Below are positions 17,176 through 63,600 of a DNA stretch of 64,000 nt, one piece after another. The notes under the pieces were generated by a model. The model was given only the letters and a program-made list of their open reading frames with translations, made no database searches and had not been told where the DNA came from. Location: assembly GCF_009914755.1 (NCBI RefSeq), contig NC_060927.1; one strand, given 5' to 3'. The translations under genes and the position numbers were made by a program. Source of the DNA: the human T2T-CHM13v2.0 reference genome, Homo sapiens. Within the stretch, counting starts at the first letter, position 1. Every line of letters starts with the position of its first letter.

Positions 17176-18413
17176 TAGCTGGGACTACAGGCATACACCA
17201 CCACACCCAGCTAATCTTTTTAATTTTTTGGTAGAAACAGGGTATCACTATGTTGCTCAGGCTGATCTCAAACTCCTAGGCTCCAGCAGTCCTCCCACCT
17301 TGGCCTCATAAACTGCTGGAGTTACCAGTGTGTGCCACTGCACCAGACCAAGGTATTTCCTGCTCCTTGGAAATAATAAGGGAGCCTGACTAGATGTGAC
17401 AAAGACGACATCTTGGATATGAGGTGGGCTGCCCTTAAAATGAGATCAGCAGCACAGAAGGCACAGAGGAGAGAGAGAAACAAATCCTTACTGATATCGC
17501 TGAGCTGCTGGGTCACACTTTGCCTGAAGGTGGAGGGGGCCTCTGGAGTTTACTGTTTAAACTAGTTTGAGTGGGCTTTTCTGTTACTGGCAACATGAAT
17601 GCAATAAATATAGGGCTCAGGCATCCAATGGAGAGGGGTGGGGACAAAACCTTGTAGCCTTTATGATCCTGTCAATCCCTAAGCCTCTATAACATGTCCA
17701 AAGACTTGAGGTTGGAAGGCAGTAGTCAGTCTTGGGAACTCAGGTGGGAGGCTCTCAAGTAGAAGAAAGGTGTTTTTGATAGGTAGACTTTACAGGGTAT
17801 AAGTTCAAATGATCAAACTCCGTTATAGCTACATGAAAACCCTTCAATAACCTATGCTTGATAATCAACCCAGAGCAGCTTCAGGGTACAGCTGTATAAG
17901 CCCCTCCTCTGCTCCAGGGTCCCATAGATCTGGGTTCAAATCCCACCTCTGCCGCTTCCCCACTGCTTCTTAGTCAATCTCTCTGGGATTCAGTTTCTTC
18001 ATCTATAAAGCAGACAGAAAGCTAATATGGGCAACCTGGGCCAGTGTGGGAGGTAGGGGAAGCTTCAGGTATGGTGGCTTTTGCTGCAGTCATGGCGCAG
18101 AGATGCACTGGAGACCCTTATCAAACACAGAGCTCTTACCCCTGCCAAGCATAGACAAGGGGACTACCATTAACTCGATTTTGCAGATGAGGAAACAAAG
18201 GCACTGGGAGGTTAAGAACGGGACGCAGGCCGGGCGCGGGGGCTCACGCCTGTAATCTCAGCACTTGGGGAGCCAAAGCAGGTGGATCACTTGAGGTCAG
18301 GAGTTCGAGACCAGCCTGGCCAACATGGTGAAACCCCGTCTCTACTAAAAATACAAAAAAAAAAAAAAAATTAGCCGGGCGTGGTGGCGAGCACCTGTAA
18401 TCCCAGCTACTCA

Positions 18414-18518
<105 letters not shown>

Positions 18519-18631
18519 TCAAAAACAACAACAACAACAACAACAAAAACAGGACCCAGGCACAGAGCTGGTAAGTGGAGGTGCTGGGGATCCACCCCAG
18601 GGTAGTGTCACACACCCAGGCTGCTCTGCTC

Positions 18632-18709
18632 GCAGTCAGAGGAGGAGCGGCAGTCAGAGGAGGAGCGGCAGTCAGAGGAGGAGCGGCAGTCAGAGGAGGA
18701 GCGGCAGTC
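18632..18709. repeat. 18-bp tandem repeat GCAGTCAGAGGAGGAGCG, 4.3 perfect copies
   Basis: Units start at 18632, 18650, 18668, 18686, partial at 18704. Confidence 0.98.
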
Positions 18710-21609
18710 TGATGTTGGTTTGGCTGCTGGGGCCTGAGCTGCAGAAGGCGAGGGCAGGATTCCAGGCACCCAGGAAGAGCTTTCTCCGAGACCCACCCAC
18801 ATGGGACTTGACCCTGGGGCCTGAGGTTGGGTGACAGCTGGAAGGTGCAGAGAGCCGGAAGTGGATTCCCCTACCTCACCCTGGGAAAAGTCTTCACCTG
18901 CAGGAGATGAAAGATCCCTTTCAGGTGAGTGGTTCCGCTCCACAGTTATTACTTCCATCTTCTCCGCACAGAGCCAGCACTACAGGCAGCTGAGACCTGT
19001 GACTCCTTTTGGATGTCCCCAAAGCCTCTACACCTCCCTTGAGAAGATGGCTGAAGCAAAAAGCTTTCACAAGGGCTGAAGAACTGTGATGAAAGAACCC
19101 TGGTGGGCCTGTGTAAGCCCCGGACCTCAGTGGCAGCTTCTCTTTGCTATAATGAAGTAGCCAGGAGGCGGGCACAGATTCTAGGAACCCTTGCCTAAGC
19201 GGCCTGCACAAGTCGAATGGGGTGAAGAAAGCGGCTGTGGCCACAGTGGGGCCACATGGGGCACCACCTGATGTTCCAAAACCCAAATGGTGGATACAAG
19301 TCACTCTATTACCCATGGAGACAGAGACCTTGACTAGGAAGGCTTTGCATCTGAGAGTCCCACAGGTGATCCCAGTCCTGACCCAGTGGCTTTGGCACCC
19401 TCAAGAGGGTGCTGCCCAGCCAGCCTGCAGGGTCTCACTGCAAAGGCGAGGATGTCTCAAAGTTCCACCATGTTCTGCTGTGCTGTAGCTCACTGCCTGG
19501 CACCAGACAACCTCGGAGGGTGTACCTGGGCAATCCCGAAGGCCCCATCCGCCCCGGAGGCCCTTCCTTCCTTTCAGTGGCCTGAACTTGGGAGTTTGTA
19601 CCAGCCAGGAGAGGAATAAATTCTCCATTGCTACCTTTCCTTTCACAGACACTGGTACCAAAGGGCCACTTGCATAAGAATTAAATCTGGTCCTGAGCAA
19701 CAAAAAGCCCTGATTTTAAATATGTGGGTGTGTTTTTGTGCAGCCAAAGGCACCCCAGGATTGTGGCTGTGTTGTGGCAACACTGTGGCCTTGGCGCCAT
19801 CTGCTGGCCAAGTGACCCCCTCCCCCCCACCCCCACCCCGCCGCCGGCCCCCCAACCCCTAGGCTGGGAGCTGGGGAAGGGTTGTGATTTTGTGGATGGA
19901 TTCAGAGGCTTCCAACCTTCCTGAATATTTGCAAACCCGGGATGTTGGATCCTTTCCTAGGGAGAATGTGCCCAGCGCTCCTAGAGTTCCTGGAGGGTCT
20001 GGGACCCTCTGGAGGGAAGAGGAGTGCTGCACCACTGAGCAGCCTTTTTTCTGCTCTGACGGGGAAGGTCCCCACTGCTTTCTAGGCCAGTGGAAGAGGG
20101 CTGCCTCAGAGGCCCCTCCCCGACCTCTAGGATCCTGGCTGGTGGCTGGGAGGGAAGGAATAAGATGGGGATGCTTCCTGCTCTGGCCTCCACTCTGCCA
20201 AGTGTGAGACCAAGAGAGCTCCCCTTCCCCCTTTTGCCTTCTCTTATCCTCCTCCCCACTTCTCCTGCCACAGCTAACCTCTCTTCTGGCCCTCCCTCAG
20301 AGCCCACGTGGTGTTTTGGACAGCCCCTTTCCCATCGCACACCTCAGTTTCCCCACCTGTAATGCAGTGGTTCTGGATTCTCATACATGGGAGATGGCAG
20401 CAGGGGAGGACTCCATGTTTCCTGTTTGGGTGGCTATGACTATTCCTTTCTGACACAGCTCCTGGTGCTGTACACAGGAGTCTTTCAACGGTATACAGGC
20501 ACCCAGCAGGTCACAGGGGCTGATAGTGTCAACTTGGCTAAATAAGGCCAGTTTTCCAAAATGGTGGCACCAATTCACAGCCCTATCTACAGCCCCATCT
20601 CACCAACACTTATTATTGACAGATGTATACTCATCATTCTGATGACTATCAAGTGGCATTTCAGTGTAGTTGGGGTTTGCATTTTCCTGGTTACTGATGA
20701 GGTTGGACATCTTTCCATGTGGTTTTGGCTGTTCCTGTAAGTTCCCATCCAAGTTGTGTGCCCATTTGTCCATTGGATTGTTTGTCTCTCTTGAGAACTC
20801 ATCAGACTTTTTTACATATCCTTAATGGTAATCCTTTTTTGATTATGTCTCACAAATATCTTCTCCCAATTTGGTCTTGTCTGTTCATTTTCTTTATGAT
20901 GTCCTGTTTTTCTTTTTAACTTTTTATTTTGACATAATCTCAGACTTACATCGAAAAGTTGCATGAATAGTGCAAAGAATTTCTTCATACCCTTTACCCC
21001 AGTTCCCCAAATGTTAACATTTGACATTTGTGTCCCTCTCTCTTTCTTTCAGTGCCCCCATATATACACACATATCTCCCCTCCCCTTCCCTGAGCCCCA
21101 AGTCACTTGGGAGTAAGGGGCAGAATACTGCCTTTTTACTCCTAAATACTTCAGTGTATATTTCATTTTTGTTTTTAGATGGAGTTTCACTCTTGTTGCC
21201 CAAGAATGCAGTGGTGCAATGTCTACTCACTGCAATCTCCTGGGTTCAAGTGATTATCCTGCCTCAGCCTCCTGAGTAGCCGGGATTACAGGCACACACC
21301 ACCACACCTGACTAATTTTTGTATTTTTAGAAGAGATGGGGTTTCACCATGTTGGCCAGGCTGGTCTCGAACTCCTGACCTCAAGTGATCTGCCTGCCTT
21401 GGCCTCCCAAAGTGCTGGGATTACAGATGTGAGCCACTGCACCTGGCCTGGTGTATATTTCTTAAAAACAAGAACATTATCCTATATGTAAACATTACCA
21501 CAGAACAACTGTCAAATTCAGGAAATTAACACTGAAACACTACCATTATCTAATCTACAGACTTTATTCAGATTTCATCACTCATACTAGTAATGTCCCT
21601 TGGAGCCGA

Positions 21610-21856
21610 GGTGAGTGGTGGGTGGCAAGCATTACCACCTGAGCTCCACCTCCTGTCAGATCAGCTGCATTAGATTCTCATAGGAGTGCAAATCCTGCTG
21701 TGAACTGCACAGGTGAGGGATCTAGGTTGTGTGCTCCTTATGAGAGATGATCTGAGGTGGAACAGCTTCATCCTGAAACCATCCCCTGCCCCTCATCCAC
21801 GGAAAAATCGTCTTCCATGAAAGCGGTCCCTGGTCCCAAAAAGTTTGGGGACCGCT
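21610..21856 (+). mobile_element. MER1B-like hAT-Charlie DNA transposon fragment inside old L1 sequence
   Basis: GCATTAGATTCTCATAGGAG...AAAAAGTTTGGGGACCGCT. Confidence 0.75.
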
Positions 21857-22416
21857 TCCTCAGAACAAAAAGAACATCCCATATCATGTGTTACACTTCT
21901 TTAGTATGCTAAAGAGGTTATGTCTATGTTTCTTTATACTTTAATCTAGAATAGTATTTCTTTGTGTTTCATAAGACTGACTTTTTGGAGATGATAGACC
22001 AGTTCTTTTATAGGATGTCCTTCAATTTGGGATTATCTAATGTTTCTTCGTGATTAGATTAAGGTAATGCGTTTTGGGTACTGTGTCCTCAGAGCATCAT
22101 ACCAGAAGGCACATGATCTAGATTTCTCTCATTGCTGGTGACATTAAACTTCATCACGTGAGTAAGATGAGGTCTACTAAGTTTCTCCATATAAAGCTAC
22201 TGTTTTTCCCTTTGTGATTATTAAGTATCTAGGGGAGATACCATGGACTGTGTAATTACCCTATTAGTTTATTTCTCAAGTCTACTGGTTTTTATGTCCA
22301 TTGATGATTTTTGTCGAATTATTAATATGGCTGCCAAATAGTGATTTTCTAATTTTATCCTTCCTCATACCTCATACATCTATTAGTTGGCTTTTGGTTG
22401 TTTGTTTGTTTTGTGA

Positions 22417-22628
<212 letters not shown>

Positions 22629-23899
22629 TGATCCACCCACCTTGGCCTCCCAAAGTGCTGGGATTACAGGCGTGAGCCCCACTGTGCTTGGCCTGATTAG
22701 AACCTACTTAATCCAGTATGACCTCACCTTAATTTGATTATATCTACAAAGACCTTATTTCCAAATAAGGCCATATTCACAGATACTGGTGGGGGATGCC
22801 AAGGCTTCAATATATCTTTTAAGGGGAACAATTCAACCTGTAACAGACTCCAATTTGTTTTTTTGTTTTTTGTTTTTTTCATATGGATGACCAGTTAGCC
22901 TGCATCATTTATTCAGTAGCCATCCTTCCTCACTGGCCTGCAATACTACCTCTGAGTCCATTAAGTAGATGTGGATGCCTTGGGTCTATTTCTGGGTTTT
23001 CTGTTCAGTTCTGAGGGTCTAATGTTGCATTCCTGAACAAACACCCACACTGTCCCAATTACTCAGCTTTCTAGCAGGCCTAGATATCTGGTAAAACAAG
23101 TCTGCTCATTTTGTTTCTCTTCAAGACTGTCTAGTGGCTGGGCACAGTAGCTCATGTCTATAATCCCAGTACTTTGGGAAGCTAAGGCAGGAGGATTACT
23201 GAAGGCCAGAGTTTGAGAACAGCCTGGGCAACATAGCAAGACCCTTCTCCATAAAAAATTTAAAAATTAGCCAGGCATGGTGGCACACACCTGTAGTCCT
23301 AGCTACTTAGGAGGCTGAGACCAGTGGAGTACTTCAGCCTAGGAGTTTCAGGCTGCAGTGAGCTAGGATCATGCCACTGCACTCCAGCCTGGGCAACAGA
23401 CCAAGACCTTGTCTCTCAAAAAAAATAAAAAAAAAAGAGAGATAGATTGTCTAGGCTCTTCTGCGGTCTTTGCTTTTCCATATAAATTTGAAAAACAGTA
23501 TGCCAACTTTCTCACAAAAAAACTTGGGAGTTTGGCAGGAATTGCACTGAGCCTATGGATCACATCTCCTCTTCCAGGTTCCAGGAAACCTTCCCTCCTC
23601 ACTAGCCCCATTAGGCTCTCTGTCCCCTCTGGTTTCACACTATCCCCACCCCATTCTGTGGGGGTGATCTGGCCCCCTTGACTGGCCTGAATACCGCAAA
23701 CCACAAGGGTATGTTCCTTTCAAAAGTCTCCTTCATGTCTCTTGCGTGTGTCCAGACCAAGATCTGACTATGACGACCCTGAAAGCTAGATCTGAGTGAC
23801 ACAGTCCTCCTGTCTCCACTCTCCCCTCTACAGAGCCCAGAGTGTTGTCTTAGGAATCCTTGGTAGGGCTCTTCCTCTAATCCCCTACTCAGTCTATGT

Positions 23900-24780
<881 letters not shown>

Positions 24781-25237
24781 TGATCTTGAACTCCTGACCT
24801 CAGGTGATCTGTTTGCCTCTGCCTCTGCCTCCCAAAGTGCAGCCCAGACTCATGTATATTCACTTGTTGAGACTTTGGGTGGTCCCCTCCCCAGTCCAGG
24901 CCTGGGTTTCTACATTGGTAAAATGGGGAAGGGTGTGTGTGTTTTTAAGGGCCCATCCAACTCTGCTGGGTGTGATGGGGAGGCTGTCTTGAGAAAAGGG
25001 TGTGCTGCCCCCTCGTGATGAGGCAGACTCTTCCCCAGGACCATCAAGTCTTAGGCTTCTAACTCCCAACCCTGCCTGGAAATACATGTTAGGAGGGCAC
25101 TCCCTGCCCCGGAGTCACCCTTTCTGCTGTCTCACCTCCACCAACCCATCCCCGCCCTCAGCATTCAAGGCCTGTGAAGGTCCTCTTGGTCTTTGATGCC
25201 TTTCACACCAATTGCCCTTCATGTCACTGTGACCCTG

Positions 25238-25513
25238 TGTTATGGGCTAAATGTGCCCCCTCCATTACTCCTCATTTCATGTTTGAAGTCCTAACCTCCA
25301 GTACCTCAGAATGTGACTGAGTTTAAAGGCAGGGTCACCAGGCCCAGGGATAAGATGGCCATTAACAAGCCAAAGAGAGAGGCCTCAGAAGAAACCAACT
25401 CTACTAATACCTTATCTCAGACCTCTAGCCTCCAGAACTTTGAGGAAATACATTTCTGCTTAACCTACTCAGTATGTGGTACTTTCCTATGGCCACTCTA
25501 GCAAATGAATACA
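25238..25513 (+). mobile_element. MLT1-type MaLR LTR remnant
   Basis: TGTTATGGGCTAAATGTG...AGCCTCCAGAACT...GCAAATGAATACA. Confidence 0.7.
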
Positions 25514-25955
25514 CCCTGGAACTCACAGAATACTTTATTTCTTTTGTTGTAGTTCAACTCCAGAAGCACCATGTGGGGACAAGGTGTTCCCATTCCACCT
25601 CGGGAGTAGAGGCCAGGGGAAGGAAAGGCAGTAGGGCCAAAGCTATCACTGTAGGAAGCTCATGAGATAGGGACCCATCTGCCCAGCTCTCCTGAATCCT
25701 GGAGCCTCGCCAGAGCTCCCTCTTGCATCTGCAATTCCACCTGCCTGGAATGCCCATCTCTATAGGTCTTCTCTGTCTTGCAAGGCCCAATTTAGGGCTT
25801 CCTACTTCTCCCCTTCCTCTCTCACTTCCTGTTCCAGCCCATACTGAACTGCAACAGCTTAATCCTGACCCCTTGCTGGCCTCAAGTTTGGGTCCTGGGC
25901 TGTCTGTGTCCTGTGGCCAAGCAGCCGCCTCCTTCTTTGCTCAGTAATGCTATGA

Positions 25956-26516
<561 letters not shown>

Positions 26517-29500
26517 TAATCCCAGCACTTTGGGAGGCTGAGACAGGCAGATTGCTTGAGCCTAGGAGTTCAAGACCAGCCTGGGCAACATGGCAAAAAC
26601 CCATCTCTACAAAAAATACAAGAAAAAATTAGCCAGGCCTGGTGGCACACGCCTGTACTCCAGCCACTAGGGAGGCTGAGGTTGGAGAATTGAGTGAGCT
26701 CAGGAGGCCAAGGCTGCAGTGAGCCGACATCACACCATTGCACTCTGGCCTGGGCAAACAGAGCAAGACTCTGTCTCAAAGAAAAAAAAGTCTTCCAGAA
26801 ACAAGCTCTTCTAAGATGCTGGAAGAACTGGCAAAATTTTTCTTTCTCTTTAAATAAATTATTTGCAAGGTCTTATATTTTATTTTTTTTAAACTGTGGT
26901 AAAATATACCTAACAAAGTTTACAATTTTTCTTTTTTTTTTTTGAGACAGAGTTTCGCTCTTTGTTGCCCAGGCTGGAGTGCAATGGCACAAATCTTGGC
27001 TCACCGCGACCTCCGCTTCCCGGGTTCAGCGATTCTCCTGCCTCAGCCTCCCGAGTAGCTGGGATTACAGGCATGCACCACCAGGCCCGGCTAATTTTGC
27101 ATTTTTAGTAGAGATGGGGTTTCTCCCTGTTGGTCAGGCTGGTCTTGAACTCCCAAATCAGGCGATCCACTCGCCTTGGCCTCCCAAAGTGCTGGAATTA
27201 CAGGTGTGAGCTACCGTGCCCAGCCACAAAGTTTACAATTTCAAGCATACAGTTCAGTGGCATTAAATTGTTCAGATTGTTATACAGCCATTAAACAGTA
27301 ACTCTCCATTCTCCCCTCCCCTAGCCCAACAGACACCATTCTACTTTCTGTCTCCATAACTCTGACTAACTAGGTATCTCAGATAAGCAGAATACAGTAT
27401 TTGTCCTTTTGCAACTGGCTTATTTCACTTAGCATAATGTCTTCAGGGTTCATTCATGTTGCAGCATGTAACAGAATTTCATTCCTTTTTAAGGCTGAAT
27501 AATATTCCATTGTATGTACACACATCATCTTTATTCATGCATCCATCCATCACTGCACGGATTGCTTCTCTTTTGGCTACTGTGAAATGGTACTGCTATG
27601 AACATTCATGTAATTTCATTTTCTTCTGCTCTAACTCCAACTGGAATGAAGCTAGGCCCTTGACTAAGTCTTGAAAGGGTTTGAGGTCTCACAACAAAGG
27701 GACCTGGGCTCTACCTTGTGGGTGAAGCCTGTCTTAGAATCCCAGATCCCACCCACATCCCACGGTCTCCATAATTTTTCTTTTTCTTTTCTTTTTTTTT
27801 TTTTTAACACATGGTTTCACTTTTGTCGCCCAGGCTGGAGTACAATGGCACAATCACGGCTCACTGCAACCTCTGCCTCCCGGGCTCAAGGTTCCTCCCG
27901 CCTCAGCCTCCTGAGTAGCTGGGACTACAGGCGTACATGAGCCACCATGTCCTGCTAATTTTTATATTTTTTGTAGGGACGGGGTTTGGCCATGTGGGCT
28001 AGGCTGGTCTTGAACTCCCGGGCTTAAGCGATCCGCCCGCCTCGGCCTCCCAAAGTGATGGGATTACAAGCGTGAACCACCGCACCCGGCATCGTGGTCT
28101 CCACATTTCATCCAGAACGAGTCAAAGGCCTTGACCTCGAGCTTAACACGGACCTGAACCTTTGCTCTTCCCTTGTTTTCCCTTATCAGTAAACAGCCCC
28201 ACAGCCACCCACCTGCACAAGCCAGAAGCTTGGAAATCATATTCGACGTCCTCATGCCCTTACATCCATCCATTCCAAGTTCTGATACTTTTGTCTCCAA
28301 AATATTCCTCAAATATTTCTCAAAGTGGGCAAAATATTTCTTTGCTCACTTTTTACTTCCCTCTGCTCCAAGCCACAATCACCTGTCTCCTGGAAGACTA
28401 CAAAAGGCTCACTGATCTCCCAGCTCGCACTTTTGCACTCACTATCTCCAGGCCATTCTCTGTTATTTCTATTGTTACTATTATTATTTTGAGACGGAGT
28501 CTCGCTCTGTCGCTCAGGCTGGAGAGCAGTGGCAAGATCTAGGCTCACCGCAATCTCCGCCTCCCAGGTCAAGCGATTGAACCTCCAGCCTCAGCCTCCC
28601 GAGTAGCCTATTATTTATTTCTAAAAGTAGGTGATACAGCCATATGATTTAACAATTCCTGCTCTATAGGTCCCCTCTCCAGAGGCAACAGGTGCTCTCC
28701 ATTCCGTGGTCTCCTTCCAGATACTGTGGGCGTCCCTGGGTGCTCACCTGGCCGTATACCTTCCCCCACCCACTTCCCCACAGGGCCCGGGGCCTCCTCA
28801 CTCCGCTTGAGACCCTCCATCCAGGCGCTCCCTCCCTATCGTCCGTCTCCCTTGGGCACTGCCCGGCCTCCCAGGCTGGGCTGAGTAGGCCAGTCTCCGG
28901 TCAGTGATTCTGTTCCAAAGCTCGAAAGCCTTCGCAGCACTGGGACTGAAACCCCCAGCTCTCAGCCCCGACTCCTTCAGGCCAGGTGCTCCCTCCGCAC
29001 CCTCTCTAAGGCCCGTTTTCGCGTCATCTCTTTCCAGCGGCCCGCCCGCCACGTCATCTCTACCACAGCACCAGTCCTCCACGGCTCTTGACAATACGTG
29101 GGAGGGCAAGTTCATAGGTGAGGTCTCATGCTCTTCCTAGGAGGGAGGAGCGCGGCGGGCGGGACCCGCAGCTGGGCTTGGCCCGGGAGCGGGGAATAAG
29201 CTCGCTCCGCGCCTCTCAGTTTAGTGGATGAAGACTACTATCCCAGAAGCCGTTTCGCCTCGGGCTGGCGAGCTCCTCCCCGCCCTACTCCCTCCGCGCG
29301 AAGAAGACTGAGCATGCGCAACAGGGACAGCGCCTGCGCAAAAGACTACGCGAGCGGGTGGCTGGGTTCACTGCAACTCCCGGCAGGCCGCTGGCATTTT
29401 TCATTCCCTCCCGTGACCAGTGACTTCCGGCACGAAGGGGCGGGGCTGGGCTCGTGGCTGAGCCAGCAGCTGCAGCAGCTACGGGAGTGGCCGGGTGGCC

Positions 29501-29517
29501 GGCGGGTGCCAGCCGCC

Positions 29518-61605
<32,088 letters not shown>

Positions 61606-61834
61606 ACAGGTTTTGCCTACCTGGTCCTTACACTACATCATCATCATCTCATGCCCACCTGCCCACACCCAGCAGAGCTTCTCAGTGGGCACAGTCTCTT
61701 ACTCCCATTTCTGCTGCCTTTGGCCCTGCCTGGCCCAGCCTGCACCCCTGTGGGGTGGAAATGTACTGCAGGCTCTGGGTCAGGTTCTGCTCCTTTATGG
61801 GACCCGACATTTTTCAGCTCTTTGCTATTGAAAT

Positions 61835-61840
61835 AATAAA
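61835..61840 (+). terminator. PTPN23: PTPN23 polyadenylation signal AATAAA
   Basis: 230 nt after the stop codon, followed by GU-rich sequence. Confidence 0.9.
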
Positions 61841-62147
61841 CCACCCTGTTCTGTGGCCCGTGTCTGAGTCTGCCCATTGCTGCCTCAGCTCCAGTAGCAC
61901 TGCCAGGAACTTAACTTACTTAGCACCTTTTGTGGATGACAGGATGGTACCAAACTGCCACACTACCAGGACAGTTCTTTAAGGGCCCTGCAGTTCTGGC
62001 TTGCTCATCCTCCCCATGCCACACTGTATGTATGTTTCCTCAGCAGCTCTGAGGAGGGTCCAGGCAGAGTGTGTGCACAAACAATTCCAAGAGACACAAG
62101 TAGCTCCCAAAGTGCCTGACAGATGATGATATGGTTTTTTAAAAAAG

Positions 62148-62153
62148 TTTAAT
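62148..62153 (-). terminator. SCAP: SCAP polyadenylation signal ATTAAA
   Basis: TTTAAT on +, about 120 nt past the SCAP stop. Confidence 0.8.
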
Positions 62154-62273
62154 ATTATTACAGTCAGGAGGCAGCGGCTGGAAGATACTCGGCTCTTTCC
62201 CCCAAGTCCAGGTTCAGTGCATTGGCCCCCACACAGCACCCCAGCCTCCTGCCTGGGCAAGGAGGCCCTGCGC

Positions 62274-62519
62274 TCAGTCCAGCTTCTCCAGCACAGAGGG
62301 CACATACACCAGGCTGAGCTCACTGCCAAAGTTGCAGACAATGGCAGCGTTGTCCAGCACCAGGATCTGGCGGGCAGGCTGGGCCTCACTGTTCTTCCCC
62401 AGGTAGACTGTCTGTAACAGGTCCCCGTAGTTTAGGTCCCAAAAGGAGACACAGCCCTGGCCGCCAGTCACCAGCAGGTTGTCTGAGATGACACCCAAGC
62501 TTGCACCACAGCCCAGGTC
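62274..62519 (-). CDS. SCAP: SCAP last exon (coding part)
   Basis: DLGCGASLG...VLEKLD*. Confidence 0.97.
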   Translation of the reverse strand, partial: DLGCGASLGVISDNLLVTGGQGCVSFWDLNYGDLLQTVYLGKNSEAQPARQILVLDNAAIVCNFGSELSLVYVPSVLEKLD

Positions 62520-63600
62520 CTGGAGGCAAGGACATGACAAGCTCAGTCCTGAGTCCTTCCCTAAAATCCCAAGAATCCTATGATCCCCATCCCCTCTACC
62601 TGCTGAATGGAGTAGAACTTGATGCCTGTGCTGCGGTCCCAGATGCTGATGAGGTCATCCAGGCCACTGCTGATGACACAGGAGGTGGTACAGGTAAGGG
62701 AGGTGACATCCCCACGGTGAGCAAACACATGGCTGACCCGGCTGCCAGTCAGTACATCCCACAGGCAGATGGCCCCATCTTGTCCTCCACTGGCCAGCAC
62801 CATGGTCTGGGGAAACAGGCCAGGGGAGTGGGGTCACCATGGTGTAATACCTCTGTCAACAGTGGTGTCCCTGTGCCCCAGTGGGTGGGGCCCTGACTGC
62901 TTCCTGGAAGGCCCCTGGGGACCAGCTCCCAGGAGTCAGCAAACATGGGCCACAGACTCTGTACCCCCTACCCCACCTGCAGGCCGCTTACCTGGTCAAT
63001 GTACACGGTCGTGATGGCCCCTGAGTGGCCCTGAAGGGTGAAGAGGCAGCACGAGTCCTCCAGACGGAACACCTGGGACAGGGATGGGCCTCAGGTTCTG
63101 GTCTCTGGGATTTTCCAAGTTATACTTTGGCTGGGAAATGCCCTCTGTTCTTCACCAGGACTCTTCCAGCCTCTCCCTGACGAATGCATCAGGCTCCCAC
63201 CCCGTGCCGGGCCACTCCAGCACCCAAGAGACAAGACAATACTCACTCTCAGTGTGTGGTCTTGGCTCCCAGTCACCAAGCGCCCAGCAGCGGCTTTCAG
63301 GGCTGTGATGGGTTTTTGGTGTGCACAGGGCACTGTGTGGGTCAGGTGACAGGCCACTGTGTCGCTGCTGCTGTACACTGGAGAGGCAGGGGAACTGCCC
63401 CGCCCTGGGGTCCCTGAGGACAAAAGGCCAAGTGAAGAATCTCTGAGAAAGCAATGGGTAGACGGCCCCTGCCCGTCCCACCAAGTGTGAACACCTGCCC
63501 ACCCCAGGCCCTCCGACCTCTAAACTGCAGGGGGCTGAGGGCAGTGTGGGTCTCCAAGGAGAAGAAATCAAGGGAACCGTTGAGCCGTGCAGCCACAATC
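62274..63600 (-). CDS. SCAP: SCAP (SREBP cleavage-activating protein), last five coding exons, WD40 C-terminus; gene continues beyond the window
   Basis: Exons 63600-63518, 63413-63247, 63072-62992, 62806-62600 and 62519-62274, with consistent phases; ends ...VPSVLEKLD*. Confidence 0.98.
62600..62806 (-). CDS. SCAP: SCAP penultimate exon
   Basis: [17 protein letters not shown]...FYSIQQ. Confidence 0.97.
62992..63072 (-). CDS. SCAP: SCAP exon (3rd from last)
   Basis: [27 protein letters not shown]. Confidence 0.96.
63247..63413 (-). CDS. SCAP: SCAP exon (4th from last)
   Basis: TPGRGSSP...[11 protein letters not shown]. Confidence 0.96.
63518..63600 (-). CDS. SCAP: SCAP exon (5th from last)
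   Basis: [27 protein letters not shown]. Confidence 0.96.

Noticed and set aside
18632-18709. CRISPR-like or coding repeat (SSSDCR)n
   Set aside because: Head-to-tail repeat without spacers in a eukaryotic genome; a simple minisatellite.
29224-29517. In-frame upstream extension of PTPN23 (ATG at 29314)
   Set aside because: Lies among core promoter motifs, probably upstream of the TSS. ATG 29518 has an optimal Kozak context and gives the expected 1636 aa.
61640-62130. 10-bp inverted repeat ATCATCATCT shared by the PTPN23 and SCAP 3' ends
   Set aside because: Short and low-complexity, compatible with chance.
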